Source: a virus. Taken from it: a stretch of 64,000 nt of DNA. Position numbers and translations under genes: made by a program. The DNA is taken from IMG/VR virus record IMGVR_UViG_3300026076_000001. One strand, given 5' to 3'. Under the pieces are notes generated by a model, which worked only from the letters and a program-made list of their open reading frames with translations, was not told where the DNA came from and did not search any database. Shown here one piece after another: positions 1 through 10,205 of this stretch; the stretch's first letter is position 1, and each line of letters begins with the position of its first letter.

Positions 1-3000
1 ATTGCAGAACCAGTAGCACTTACAAAGGTATGAGCAGAGTTGATACTAATAGCACCTTGTCCACCGTTGACATTAACTGTAATACTGTTTGCAGTTGTAG
101 CAGTAATGTCTACAGCAGTGTTGTAAACGTAGTCAGCACCAGTATTTGTTGCTGCTCCAGTTGATCTTGGATATGTGCTCTGGTTATTAGAGGATGCTAT
201 ACCAACGTTACAAGAAACTGTAGTTCCTGAGACAGCAGTAATTGCTAATGCTTGTCCAAATGCAGGGTCTGTTGCTCTTGGATAAGAGTGATCAGTAGCG
301 TGGTTATCTGCATCACAAGTAAAGGTTATCTTATTAGCACCAATTGTTACAGTATCACTGGTCGTATAGCTATGAGCACCAATGGTTAATTCTAGTACAC
401 CTGTAGTAGGATCATAATCAGCGTCAGTTACATCTTTCAGAGTGCTATCAATTGTAACTGCATTCGCAGATGTTCCACCACTGTAAATATGAGTTCCAAC
501 AGCAGCAAGACAACTAAAGGTTAGTGAATTATCAGCAATCTTAATACTAGTACCTGTAGTTAACTCGTGATCACCAATAGTCAACTCCATATCACCCGTT
601 GCAGGGTCATATGTAGCATTTGATACATTATGGTTAACTAAAGGTGATGCACCAACATTAACTGTAATAGTATTCGCACCAGTTGTTGTAATAGGAACAG
701 CTTTACCACTTACAGGGTCAGTAGAACGAGGATAAACCTTAGTTGATGTTTGACCGTCCATTTGACACTTGAAAGTCAAGGCCCCATCAGGGATTCGGAC
801 TAATTCACCTGTAGTAAATGAATGAGGTCCAATATTCAGTTCTAAGAGACCAGTTGATGCAGTATAGGTTGCATCAGTTACACTACGTAGATTACCAGTA
901 GCCATTCTTGCTACTGCTTCTTCAGCAACGAAAGTCTTATTATCTTTGATTAATTTTGCAGCATCAATGAAGGTATTTGCTACAGGGTTGTCAATATTGT
1001 AAGGATCAGAGTAAACACCAATAGAATTGGATGTTGCACTGACAAATGTATGAGCATAATTACCACCTGATATAATAGCGTCAGTAACAGCAGCAACAAA
1101 CTTATGAGAATAGGCACCACCACTAATAACTGCTCCAGGAAGTGCTGAAACAAATGTATGAGGTGTGACATTAGTAGAAGGTGCTACATTAAGGATGTTA
1201 ATAGTAATTGTTGTATTACTTACTGCCTTAATATTAATTGAAGTATCACGGAAAGGATCTTTCTTCTGTTTGATACCATCAGTTACAGCAGAAACAAATA
1301 CGTGAGTATTAGTATTTGTAGAAGGAATATCATCAAGAACAGTTACATCAAATGTAGTAGCACTAACGTTAGATACCTTTAACCATCTGTTACTTGGGTA
1401 ATCTGTAGCTCTAGGATATGTTTTGGTTTGTCCACCAGAAACAGGACCAACATTAACAGTAATAGTACCAGCACCTTGATCAACAGAATCAATGTTTATA
1501 GAAGAATTATGTACAGGGTCAGTAGTACGTGGATAGGTATGGACAGTTGTGTAATTGTCCTCATCACAAGTGAATGATAATGAATTAGTAGCAATTGTTA
1601 TATTGTCACTGGTAGTTAGAGTATGAGTTCCAATAGTAAGGATTAAGTCTCCGTTTCCTGGAGTATACTGAGCATTAATAACATTAAAATTATTACCACC
1701 TGAAGAGATAGCATCAATTGCAGTGCCACCGACATATTGATGTGAAACTGATCCATAATTACAACTTAATGATAGAGATCCATCTTCAAACTTGATCCAT
1801 TCACCATTTGCCATATTATGTGCAACTGTTGTATGAACAGTCATCACACCTGTATTTGGATCGTAGACAGTACCACTAGCAGCTGTATGACTTATAGTGG
1901 CAGTTCTAGGATATGAGTAATTACCACTACCTTGAGTGCAATTAAAGGTTAGTGCGTTATCTAATAGTTTAATACTTGTGTTTGTTGCTAGTGTATGCTG
2001 ACCAATAGTCAATTCAACATCACCAGTAACAGGGTCATATGTAGCGTCTGATACATCGTGAGACACTAGGGGTGTTTGACCAACCTGTAATGTAATCGTA
2101 CCCTTCTCTAGCTCAACACCATTAGTAATAGCACTAACAAATGTGTGTACATCAGTATTGGTAGAAGGAAGAGTGTCTAAACACTGTATATCAAATGTAT
2201 TTTGAGTTACATTAGAGATAGGAATAAACTTACCACTAATAGGATCAGTAGCACGTGGGTATGCAGAACCAGGAGAACTTACACCAACGTTAACAGTGAT
2301 AGTAGTACCTGTTGTTGCAGTAATTCCAATTGGTTTGTTGTATACAGGATCAGTTGTTCTTGGATAAGAGTGATCAGAACCAAAGTTATCTTCATCACAC
2401 TGGAAGACTAAGGATCCAGCAGCAATAGTAACTGTATCTACATTTGTAAGACTGTGAGCACCAATAGTTAACTGGATATCACCTGATGAAGGATTGTAAG
2501 CAGCAGCAGTGACATCAAACTGAGAACCACCTGTAACTTGGATTGCATTAGCAGCAGTTCCACCAACATAGTTGTGAGTTCCACCACCATAGGTACAACT
2601 GAATACTAAAGAACCATCAGCAAGTTTAACTTTATCGCCAGCTTCAAATCCGTGGTCTGTAACCTGAATTGTAACAATACCTGTTGTAGGATTGTAGCTT
2701 GCAGTCTCTGCTGTATGGAATGTAGATCCAGTACTTACAATATTAAACGCTTTATCATAGAAAGGATCAGTAGTTCTAGGATAAGTCTTAACAGAATCTC
2801 TATGATCCATCTCACACTTGAATGAGAGGGAGTTAGGAGCAATCTTAACAGCAGTATTAGCAGAAAGGTTATGTGAACCAATATCAAGTGTCATAAGACC
2901 CGTTGCTGGATCATATGAACCGTCTGTTGGTGTATGAGTATCAAGAGTAGTTGTACCTACATTAACAGTGACAGTATCATCTGTTACTTGAGTAATATCA

Positions 3001-3200
3001 AGGGTTGATCTGTATGCAGGGTCTCCTGGACGTGGATATGTCTTAGGTGATGATCCACCATCCATATCACAACTCCAAGTCATTGCATTATCTGCAATGG
3101 TTATGAAATCTGCTGTAGTAAGCTCGTGATTTGGTATGGTTAGTACAAGTGTACCATTAGCAGCAGAATAGACAGCATCTGTAGGTGTTAATTTAAAGTC
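1..3200 (-). repeat. Degenerate protein-level tandem repeats (roughly 100 aa) in the gp7 C-terminal extension
   Basis: At least ten YPR motifs, most followed by xTDP (about 170, 285, 730, 1415, 1530, 1910, 2255, 2365, 2780, 3035), with recurrent HTFVSA and ASYxPxTG...IGxH motifs. Confidence 0.8.
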
Positions 3201-6200
3201 AGATGCAGCTGCTCTCTGATAATCATATAGATTGTCTATACCAAACTTATTACGTACCGCAAGGATAACCATATCCTGTAGATACTTCATAGACCATAGA
3301 GTTGCCTCTACTTCACCCTCAATATGCTTAATATCCGAATTAGGATCAGATGGGTCTAACAAATACTCTTTAGCAGCATCATAAGTGTTACTGTTACCAC
3401 CTTGAATAAGGTCGTCTGCCATTGCTCTCATTACAGACTTAAGGTCAACAATACACTGATTCCTTCCTAGACCTGGATATTGGAAATACTCAGGTGCAAA
3501 CTTACTTGTATCGTCTAATATACCTACTGCTTCTTCTGCTAGTACTGATGCGTTGTTATCAATGATATTAGCAGCATCTAGGAACTTATTACCTTGGAAG
3601 AACCTCTTAGCAACGATTTCACCTCTTGCTCCAGAAGTCTGTCCAACAACAAAGTCATTAACCAACCAATTAGTCGCATCACCTATTTCTAGCTCTACAA
3701 TCTTACCAACCTGTCTAGGTGGTTCTGTAAAGGTTATCTTACCATTTCCAGGATTAGTTGTTAATGTAAACGCTACATCAGGTTCCTGAATAACACCATC
3801 TAAAGAAACGTATAAATGGTCTCCTTCTACAATAGGAATACCTAAATCGAATTCTGTAGTAGTACCATCAAAATCAGAAGTGATATTATTCGCTTCTCTC
3901 ATATATTCAGCATTATTCGCATCATCTTGGAATTTCATCGACTTTCCGTAGAAAGTAACTCCAGGAACTGCAATACCAGTATTAGGATCGATATATGGTC
4001 CTAATGGTGCAGAAGCGAATGTAATGGTAGATCCACTAACTGTATAAGCAGTATCTGGATCCTGAAGAACACCATCCAATGTAACAACTAATTGAGTCGC
4101 TCTGAAAGGTACAAGTACCTCGTTGATGTCTTTCTTGAATAACGTAAATGTAGTGGTACCAATGATTGTACCATCTGCCTGAACAGCACCATCGAAGGCT
4201 GGTGAGATTGCTAAGTCAAATACTTCAATTTCAACGTTATTCTGTTCACTATAGTTAATAGTTCCCTTACCACGTTGTCTCGACATAGAATCGACTCTAA
4301 CGTGAGATTGAGTGATTCTTCTTGACTTATGACTACAAGTAACACCTAAAACGCCAGGTTCGATGATACTCATCACCGCACCGTAGCCATTGTCCTTTGT
4401 GCCACTTTGAGGAGTGTCTATGGTCTCTGGTTGTGTTCCATCACCTTCAGATTCAATTAAGACTTCTCCAAAGAGGTTAAATCCAGCAGGGTGTGTAAAA
4501 CGCTTAACAAAGTCTCTCCAGTCATTAATAGAGACTGTAGACTTAACTACGTAAGAATAATCTTGATAATAGATTCCATCTTGGACTTTCTGTGAAACAG
4601 CACTTAATTTACTTCTATCACTCGAATATGAACCAACTGAAGTACTTGTAGGTCCAATTTCGGGAGTTATGTTCGCAACGTAGATAATTTGGATATTTGC
4701 AGTACTACGAAGTGTTTCTCCATAGATTGAGTACCTTTGATCGAATTTTCCGTATAATCCTTTCAAACGAAGGATATTCATTCCATCAACCCAATAATCG
4801 ACTCTACCAGAAGCAATTACGTCTCCAGATGGATTTCTTTGCGTAATTAGCTCTCCATTCAAGAATGCCTTCTCTGGCATATCTTTTAGAGTCATAATAA
4901 TGGGTGGATTGACCTGAGGCACTAAAGTTGGGTCATTATTGAAGTCTTTACCCGAAGAAATGATTTCTAGGGTAGCCAACTTACCAATATCGGTTCCGTG
5001 AGCAAATAACTTAGTATCTGACTCATAAAGTCGTAAAGTAGTTGTAGAAGCGTAATTGGTTCCTTCTTGAACAGGAATAATACGACTTACACTTCCATCT
5101 GCTCTTAATTCGATTGTAAACTTAGCATTTGCTCCATCACCTTTATCTTCAAGTAAAACAATTGGTTTGGAGTAATTTAATCCAGTATCATTAACTGTAA
5201 TCGATGTAATACGTCCATCGGTCATATTTACAGTAAAGGCACCTCTAAAACGCTTGTTTAAGAAGACACCAGGTACTTGAGGTGGCATCGTATAGTTTTT
5301 ACCACCACTAATGACTTTAACCCTCTTAATCGCTCCTACAGCGTATAGAGAGTCAGTATAATACTGAACATTAGTAAATCCTTCATTTTGAGGAGATGCA
5401 GGTAGTCTATAAGCAAATTCTCTCTCGAATCCATAGAAGACAGCGTGCTTACCTGCAAATGGGTCTTCTACAAGAGTAAAGAACTGATCTTCGGAATTAA
5501 TCTTATTAGATACCTCTCCATAATAGATTTTGGTAGGAATATCCAATACAGGAGCACTCTTCCAAGTAACACCATCTATCGGTATACCATATCCTAGCTG
5601 GAATGCAATAAACGACCCAGTATTGCCTGGTTTGAGAGTTGACTGGTACGCTTGTACTAGTTCTGTAGTTCTATAGACGTTTTCATAGAATTTAAGGTTT
5701 CTGTCAACTAGAGAAGCATCAGAAGTGTCAAAAACATAACGATACGTCTTTTGAATGTCTATACTGATATTTCTCTTCCATTCAGACTCTGTAGACTTCT
5801 TAAATCTAAATCTCAATGATGTTGGTTCGACACTGGCTATAGAAACCTGTTTAGCAGGTGTACTACCATCCAAGAATCCAGATGAAGTGTCAATTATGGT
5901 ATCACCTTCATTTTGATAGTAAACAATGAGTTTATGAGTCTCAGGATCATAAGAATCGATCCAAGCATTGTTTCCACTAAACGAAACGTTAGTATCCTTA
6001 GTAAATCTGTAATAATTAGTTACAAGTGTAACATCTACACCTTCAATATGATCTTCTGCCTCTGAACCATTAACACCACGAAGAACAGTTAGGTAATTAC
6101 CACTAACACTAAGTACCTGAACAAATTCGTCAGTAATTTTAAGGACATCATCTCTTGAATACCCAGAACCACTAGCAACAGTTATGACAGTATCAGTTTT

Positions 6201-9200
6201 GGCACATCCAGCAGCATCTACAAAGAATGTAGCTGTCTGACTACCAACATTACCACCTAATAGTGAAGGTTGGAGTATAACAACATCTCCATACTTGTAT
6301 CCATCTCCTTTTGAGACAATTTGAACACTGTCAACGTGACCATCAGCATTAGTAGTGACTGTGACAGTTGCAGCAGTACCTGTACCAATTGAATTGGTTA
6401 AATTAATTCCTACAAAGCTTTGACTAGGAGTAAATCCACTACCAGCATTAATAATGCTAAGTCTTGCTACTCCAGATCCATTGATAGTACTGACTTTTGT
6501 AGGTTCGTTTAATTGTACTGTATGATACTTCTTAGTTTCAACTTCATAGCTCTGTGTAGAGATAGAAGAATCAGGTTCAACAGTAACAATGACATCATCA
6601 CCAACTGCTAGACCGTGATTGACGGAAGCAGTCTTAAGAACAGCAATATTATCTTCAATATCAAGTAATTTGAATCCTTTAGATAGAGATCTAACATTTA
6701 CAATAGTTGCAGCACCAGTATTGATCTGACATCCGAAACCAACGTCAAAGAATCCCAAATCAACGTATGATGTGCTTGGTATAGTAACTGTATTACCATC
6801 AATGTCTGTTGTAGTAAGTTGATTAGGGTTAGCAGGCTGTAATTCGACAATAACAGTATTCTTGTCTACAACATTACGTAAAACCTTACCAATAGCAACT
6901 TCGTGTGCTACACCAGCAGATTGAAGTGTATAAACGACTTGATCACCAACTGCTGCTAATACTGTGTTATCAAAGGTTATATTGTAAATCTCAGTTGTAG
7001 AATCAACTGTATCAGTAAGATTGAAGGTACCTGTAACATTTTTTACAACAAACTTGGAAGTCTCCTCAATTAGACCAATTACAGTCGCTGTAGCGTTTGT
7101 ATTGTTCTGAGTAAGGATAGATTCGTGATTTAAGTAAACAGGAGTGTTACAAGTGAAATAATTGTTCTTTGGAGTGTTACAAGTAAGAGTTGCAACTTCC
7201 TGACCTTGAATTTGGTCTACAGCAGCAAATAGTCCATCTCCATTGTCATTAATGGAATTATCGATGTATAAAACATCTTCATTCGTGAAATTGTAAGAAG
7301 ATTGATGAACTTCAATATCTGTGATAGGTCCATACTCAATTCCACTAACTCTAGACGTTAATAGCTCTCCACCGTCTGCTGTAGCATTTACAGTCCTTCT
7401 ACGGACTCCATCTGGCAAATATTTCTGTTTAGACTTAGTTTTCCAGTTTTCTTCGATAGGAACATTGTAAAATGCCTCTCCAATCGAATATGGGAAGGTA
7501 GGAGCCTCCGAATCGTCTGTAGTTAAGAAATATGCGTATACACCGTTTGGAAATTCAGGTGTAGTGCAGAAACGACCATTATTAGCGTCTAATGTTCCTA
7601 AACGTTCAATAAACTCATAATCGTTAGTAAAACGACCCATTGAGTAAGTTGTTTCGCTTGGTGAGTTTGATCCTCTAGTTGCTTTAAGTCTCCAGCTGGA
7701 TTCCATCCTTTCTATCGTAGGATTCGCAGCATCTGTATCTTGGAATGGATCTTCGTATCCAAAACTACCATATATCGGATTTCCATCATACGCCCAACCT
7801 AATATTGGTGAATGACTCTTATTAGAGAGTGGGTTACCCTGACCATCAACATTATCCTGTCTTAGGATCTTTAATGACGTAGGTGCAATGATATGACCAT
7901 ATGCATAACCATAATTAGGGTCATTTGCTGTATCTACGATACCACCAGCATTACCATTGTCAACAGACATCTCTAAGTATCTGTTATACTCCCATCTAGT
8001 CAAAACAGCAGTTGCTGAAGCACTTCTAGACCTAGGGACTAGTGTGACAGTTGTAGAACCGTCCTCATAGTCAAATCCACCAGATTGTTGAGTGAATCCA
8101 GTGATCTTACCTGTTGCAGTGTCTATTTGGCAAGTATAGAAGGCACCTTTACCTTTTCCACTTGCATCGTAGATAAAGACATCAGGTGGCTCCGTGTAAT
8201 TGCTTCCAGCGTCTATAATCTCAGCATTTTGGTTTACAGAGAGATAAATGTTCGCAATTTCACCTTGCTGAATCAAAACAGTAAATTGCCCGCCAGATCC
8301 AGAGGTAAATTCAACTGTAGGAGCAGTTGTGTAGCCAGAACCCTTATTTGTGACAGTTACGGAAGTAACTTGACCTAATCCATTAATCTCTGCCTCTGCG
8401 GTTGCATTTCCTTCAACAATAACCGTAGGAGCAATACTATAATTCCTTCCTGAATCGGTAACTTCGATTTTCTGCAATTCTCCGAAGTCTAGACCCCTTG
8501 GTGACTTATGATTGAGCAATGGAACACCATTAACCATCACACCAACTTCAGATGAGGTGGTTACTTCCTTTGCACTTGCATTTACTGGTGTTCTAGGGAT
8601 AATCTTAAGATGTTCCTGATCTTCAGGTACTTCAATGTTGTCAAAAGGTCCAATAGCGTAAGATGGGAATCCAGAAGACGCAATATAGTAATTTTCGTCA
8701 TCTCTATAGATTGCAGAGACATCAGAAAGAATTATATCCTTAATATTATTGGTTCCTACATTACTTGGATCAGAACCTGATAGTTTGGTAAAGTTTTGGT
8801 TTACAATCCACTGATTAGACAATGGTAAGTCATCTTGGAATCCAGAAGACTTAAATTCAACCATATTGTTGAAGGAAACGTAAGGAATCCCTCCAGCAGA
8901 GACATCAAAGTAATTATCTGCTGTTTCGTCATACTCTAGTCCAGCACTTGCTTCTGGTTCGATACCTTTAGACGCTAATCCAGCTACAAGACCGTAAATA
9001 CGAAGTTCTACTTCCTTACGGACTCCATTTTCGGTATACCAACCAGATAAGTTGTTTTTAGTGAAGCAACGTACTCCTTTAGCGTGAGCATAGAGTTGTT
9101 TGTTGTCACTATTAACAGCATCCCTCTCTTTAATGATAAATTGGGTAGCTGTTTTAGAACTATAGGTGATTTGCTCATCACCAATGATTATTCGACCATC

Positions 9201-10202
9201 TTTCTCTGGAAATCCAACTGTAGAGAAGACATCAATACGATCTCCAACACCTGCATTGGTAGAAACGTCATTCATAAGGAATGAACGTCTTGCAATAGCA
9301 AATATACCTGATTTAGAACCAGGTGAGATGGTTAGAGTATACTGTAGACTACCTTGATAAGGCTCACCGACTATATTGTCGATAATTGCACTAGCAGCAG
9401 TCAATTCTGGGTTATATGGATCAGGAGTTTGAATAATCTCGTTACCAACGATCTTTCTAATGTCTCCAGATATAACTTCACACACTAATAGCTCTTTACT
9501 GTTCCATCCAGACTCAGAACTCTTATAAACGTTCTCTTTTGGATAGATGATGTCAGGTTTAACACTAAACAGCATCTGGAAGATGAACTCCAGTGACTGT
9601 GGTGTACCTTTGACATTATAGAAGTCCTTGATTCTCTTTACAAGGAGGTTCTTATTGGTTTCATCCCTCAAATAAGGATATGGGAAACCACTAGTATATT
9701 GTTCTTCGTAATTCTTGATTAAAGCAGCCAATAGAAGGTTGCTTAGGTTGTTAACTACTGCATATTGCTTATGTACAGCAGCTGCAGAGTCTACAAAGTT
9801 AATTGCCTCATATAAATCACCAACTCTGGTCTTTGCACTATAACCACGGACGCAATTCCAGAATATAGTATCGGTTTTAGACTCATATAAGAAGATTTCC
9901 TGATCAATCATAATGATTCCATTATGATCAGGGAATCCATCAGTCTTATCGACTGTAATATTGATATTATCAGTACCTAAAGGTATTTCAATCTCCAAAC
10001 TTGCTGTCTTAACAAGAATCTCAGGTGAGAATGTATCAACATCGAGATATTTCTCGAAATTGTTGATAATGTCTTGCGGACCTTCACTTATCGATAATGC
10101 TTCATAATATTTCGACAGAAAATTCGTTACGAGGGGATAATCCTCGACAACGAAGTCTGGTAACTGACTTTCTATCAGTGCTGCTAGACTTGGACCTGCC
10201 AT
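1..10202 (-). CDS. gp7: Baseplate wedge initiator gp7-like giant protein (3' end runs off the window, >3400 aa)
   Basis: ATG at 10202 directly after the gp6 stop (TGA TAA ATG). Translates MAGPSLAALIESQLPDFVVEDYP...RIKDFYNVKGTPQSLEFIFQMLF and contains a YHYH-type segment (HSPILGWAYDGNPIYG, about 7780-7810) and FTHPAGFNLFGEV (about 4470-4500). Spot-checked open in the same frame at 1-60, 3301-3360 and 4981-5040. Presumably absent from the ORF track because it has no in-window stop. Position after gp6 fits T4-like synteny. Confidence 0.85.
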   Translation of the reverse strand, partial: MAGPSLAALIESQLPDFVVEDYPLVTNFLSKYYEALSISEGPQDIINNFEKYLDVDTFSPEILVKTASLEIEIPLGTDNINITVDKTDGFPDHNGIIMIDQEIFLYESKTDTIFWNCVRGYSAKTRVGDLYEAINFVDSAAAVHKQYAVVNNLSNLLLAALIKNYEEQYTSGFPYPYLRDETNKNLLVKRIKDFYNVKGTPQSLEFIFQMLFSVKPDIIYPKENVYKSSESGWNSKELLVCEVISGDIRKIVGNEIIQTPDPYNPELTAASAIIDNIVGEPYQGSLQYTLTISPGSKSGIFAIARRSFLMNDVSTNAGVGDRIDVFSTVGFPEKDGRIIIGDEQITYSSKTATQFIIKERDAVNSDNKQLYAHAKGVRCFTKNNLSGWYTENGVRKEVELRIYGLVAGLASKGIEPEASAGLEYDETADNYFDVSAGGIPYVSFNNMVEFKSSGFQDDLPLSNQWIVNQNFTKLSGSDPSNVGTNNIKDIILSDVSAIYRDDENYYIASSGFPSYAIGPFDNIEVPEDQEHLKIIPRTPVNASAKEVTTSSEVGVMVNGVPLLNHKSPRGLDFGELQKIEVTDSGRNYSIAPTVIVEGNATAEAEINGLGQVTSVTVTNKGSGYTTAPTVEFTSGSGGQFTVLIQQGEIANIYLSVNQNAEIIDAGSNYTEPPDVFIYDASGKGKGAFYTCQIDTATGKITGFTQQSGGFDYEDGSTTVTLVPRSRSASATAVLTRWEYNRYLEMSVDNGNAGGIVDTANDPNYGYAYGHIIAPTSLKILRQDNVDGQGNPLSNKSHSPILGWAYDGNPIYGSFGYEDPFQDTDAANPTIERMESSWRLKATRGSNSPSETTYSMGRFTNDYEFIERLGTLDANNGRFCTTPEFPNGVYAYFLTTDDSEAPTFPYSIGEAFYNVPIEENWKTKSKQKYLPDGVRRRTVNATADGGELLTSRVSGIEYGPITDIEVHQSSYNFTNEDVLYIDNSINDNGDGLFAAVDQIQGQEVATLTCNTPKNNYFTCNTPVYLNHESILTQNNTNATATVIGLIEETSKFVVKNVTGTFNLTDTVDSTTEIYNITFDNTVLAAVGDQVVYTLQSAGVAHEVAIGKVLRNVVDKNTVIVELQPANPNQLTTTDIDGNTVTIPSTSYVDLGFFDVGFGCQINTGAATIVNVRSLSKGFKLLDIEDNIAVLKTASVNHGLAVGDDVIVTVEPDSSISTQSYEVETKKYHTVQLNEPTKVSTINGSGVARLSIINAGSGFTPSQSFVGINLTNSIGTGTAATVTVTTNADGHVDSVQIVSKGDGYKYGDVVILQPSLLGGNVGSQTATFFVDAAGCAKTDTVITVASGSGYSRDDVLKITDEFVQVLSVSGNYLTVLRGVNGSEAEDHIEGVDVTLVTNYYRFTKDTNVSFSGNNAWIDSYDPETHKLIVYYQNEGDTIIDTSSGFLDGSTPAKQVSIASVEPTSLRFRFKKSTESEWKRNISIDIQKTYRYVFDTSDASLVDRNLKFYENVYRTTELVQAYQSTLKPGNTGSFIAFQLGYGIPIDGVTWKSAPVLDIPTKIYYGEVSNKINSEDQFFTLVEDPFAGKHAVFYGFEREFAYRLPASPQNEGFTNVQYYTDSLYAVGAIKRVKVISGGKNYTMPPQVPGVFLNKRFRGAFTVNMTDGRITSITVNDTGLNYSKPIVLLEDKGDGANAKFTIELRADGSVSRIIPVQEGTNYASTTTLRLYESDTKLFAHGTDIGKLATLEIISSGKDFNNDPTLVPQVNPPIIMTLKDMPEKAFLNGELITQRNPSGDVIASGRVDYWVDGMNILRLKGLYGKFDQRYSIYGETLRSTANIQIIYVANITPEIGPTSTSVGSYSSDRSKLSAVSQKVQDGIYYQDYSYVVKSTVSINDWRDFVKRFTHPAGFNLFGEVLIESEGDGTQPETIDTPQSGTKDNGYGAVMSIIEPGVLGVTCSHKSRRITQSHVRVDSMSRQRGKGTINYSEQNNVEIEVFDLAISPAFDGAVQADGTIIGTTTFTLFKKDINEVLVPFRATQLVVTLDGVLQDPDTAYTVSGSTITFASAPLGPYIDPNTGIAVPGVTFYGKSMKFQDDANNAEYMREANNITSDFDGTTTEFDLGIPIVEGDHLYVSLDGVIQEPDVAFTLTTNPGNGKITFTEPPRQVGKIVELEIGDATNWLVNDFVVGQTSGARGEIVAKRFFQGNKFLDAANIIDNNASVLAEEAVGILDDTSKFAPEYFQYPGLGRNQCIVDLKSVMRAMADDLIQGGNSNTYDAAKEYLLDPSDPNSDIKHIEGEVEATLWSMKYLQDMVILAVRNKFGIDNLYDYQRAAASDFKLTPTDAVYSAANGTLVLTIPNHELTTADFITIADNAMTWSCDMDGGSSPKTYPRPGDPAYRSTLDITQVTDDTVTVNVGTTTLDTHTPTDGSYDPATGLMTLDIGSHNLSANTAVKIAPNSLSFKCEMDHRDSVKTYPRTTDPFYDKAFNIVSTGSTFHTAETASYNPTTGIVTIQVTDHGFEAGDKVKLADGSLVFSCTYGGGTHNYVGGTAANAIQVTGGSQFDVTAAAYNPSSGDIQLTIGAHSLTNVDTVTIAAGSLVFQCDEDNFGSDHSYPRTTDPVYNKPIGITATTGTTITVNVGVSSPGSAYPRATDPISGKFIPISNVTQNTFDIQCLDTLPSTNTDVHTFVSAITNGVELEKGTITLQVGQTPLVSHDVSDATYDPVTGDVELTIGQHTLATNTSIKLLDNALTFNCTQGSGNYSYPRTATISHTAASGTVYDPNTGVMTVHTTVAHNMANGEWIKFEDGSLSLSCNYGSVSHQYVGGTAIDAISSGGNNFNVINAQYTPGNGDLILTIGTHTLTTSDNITIATNSLSFTCDEDNYTTVHTYPRTTDPVHNSSINIDSVDQGAGTITVNVGPVSGGQTKTYPRATDYPSNRWLKVSNVSATTFDVTVLDDIPSTNTNTHVFVSAVTDGIKQKKDPFRDTSINIKAVSNTTITINILNVAPSTNVTPHTFVSALPGAVISGGAYSHKFVAAVTDAIISGGNYAHTFVSATSNSIGVYSDPYNIDNPVANTFIDAAKLIKDNKTFVAEEAVARMATGNLRSVTDATYTASTGLLELNIGPHSFTTGELVRIPDGALTFKCQMDGQTSTKVYPRSTDPVSGKAVPITTTGANTITVNVGASPLVNHNVSNATYDPATGDMELTIGDHELTTGTSIKIADNSLTFSCLAAVGTHIYSGGTSANAVTIDSTLKDVTDADYDPTTGVLELTIGAHSYTTSDTVTIGANKITFTCDADNHATDHSYPRATDPAFGQALAITAVSGTTVSCNVGIASSNNQSTYPRSTGAATNTGADYVYNTAVDITATTANSITVNVNGGQGAISINSAHTFVSATGSA

Positions 10203-10205
10203 TTA

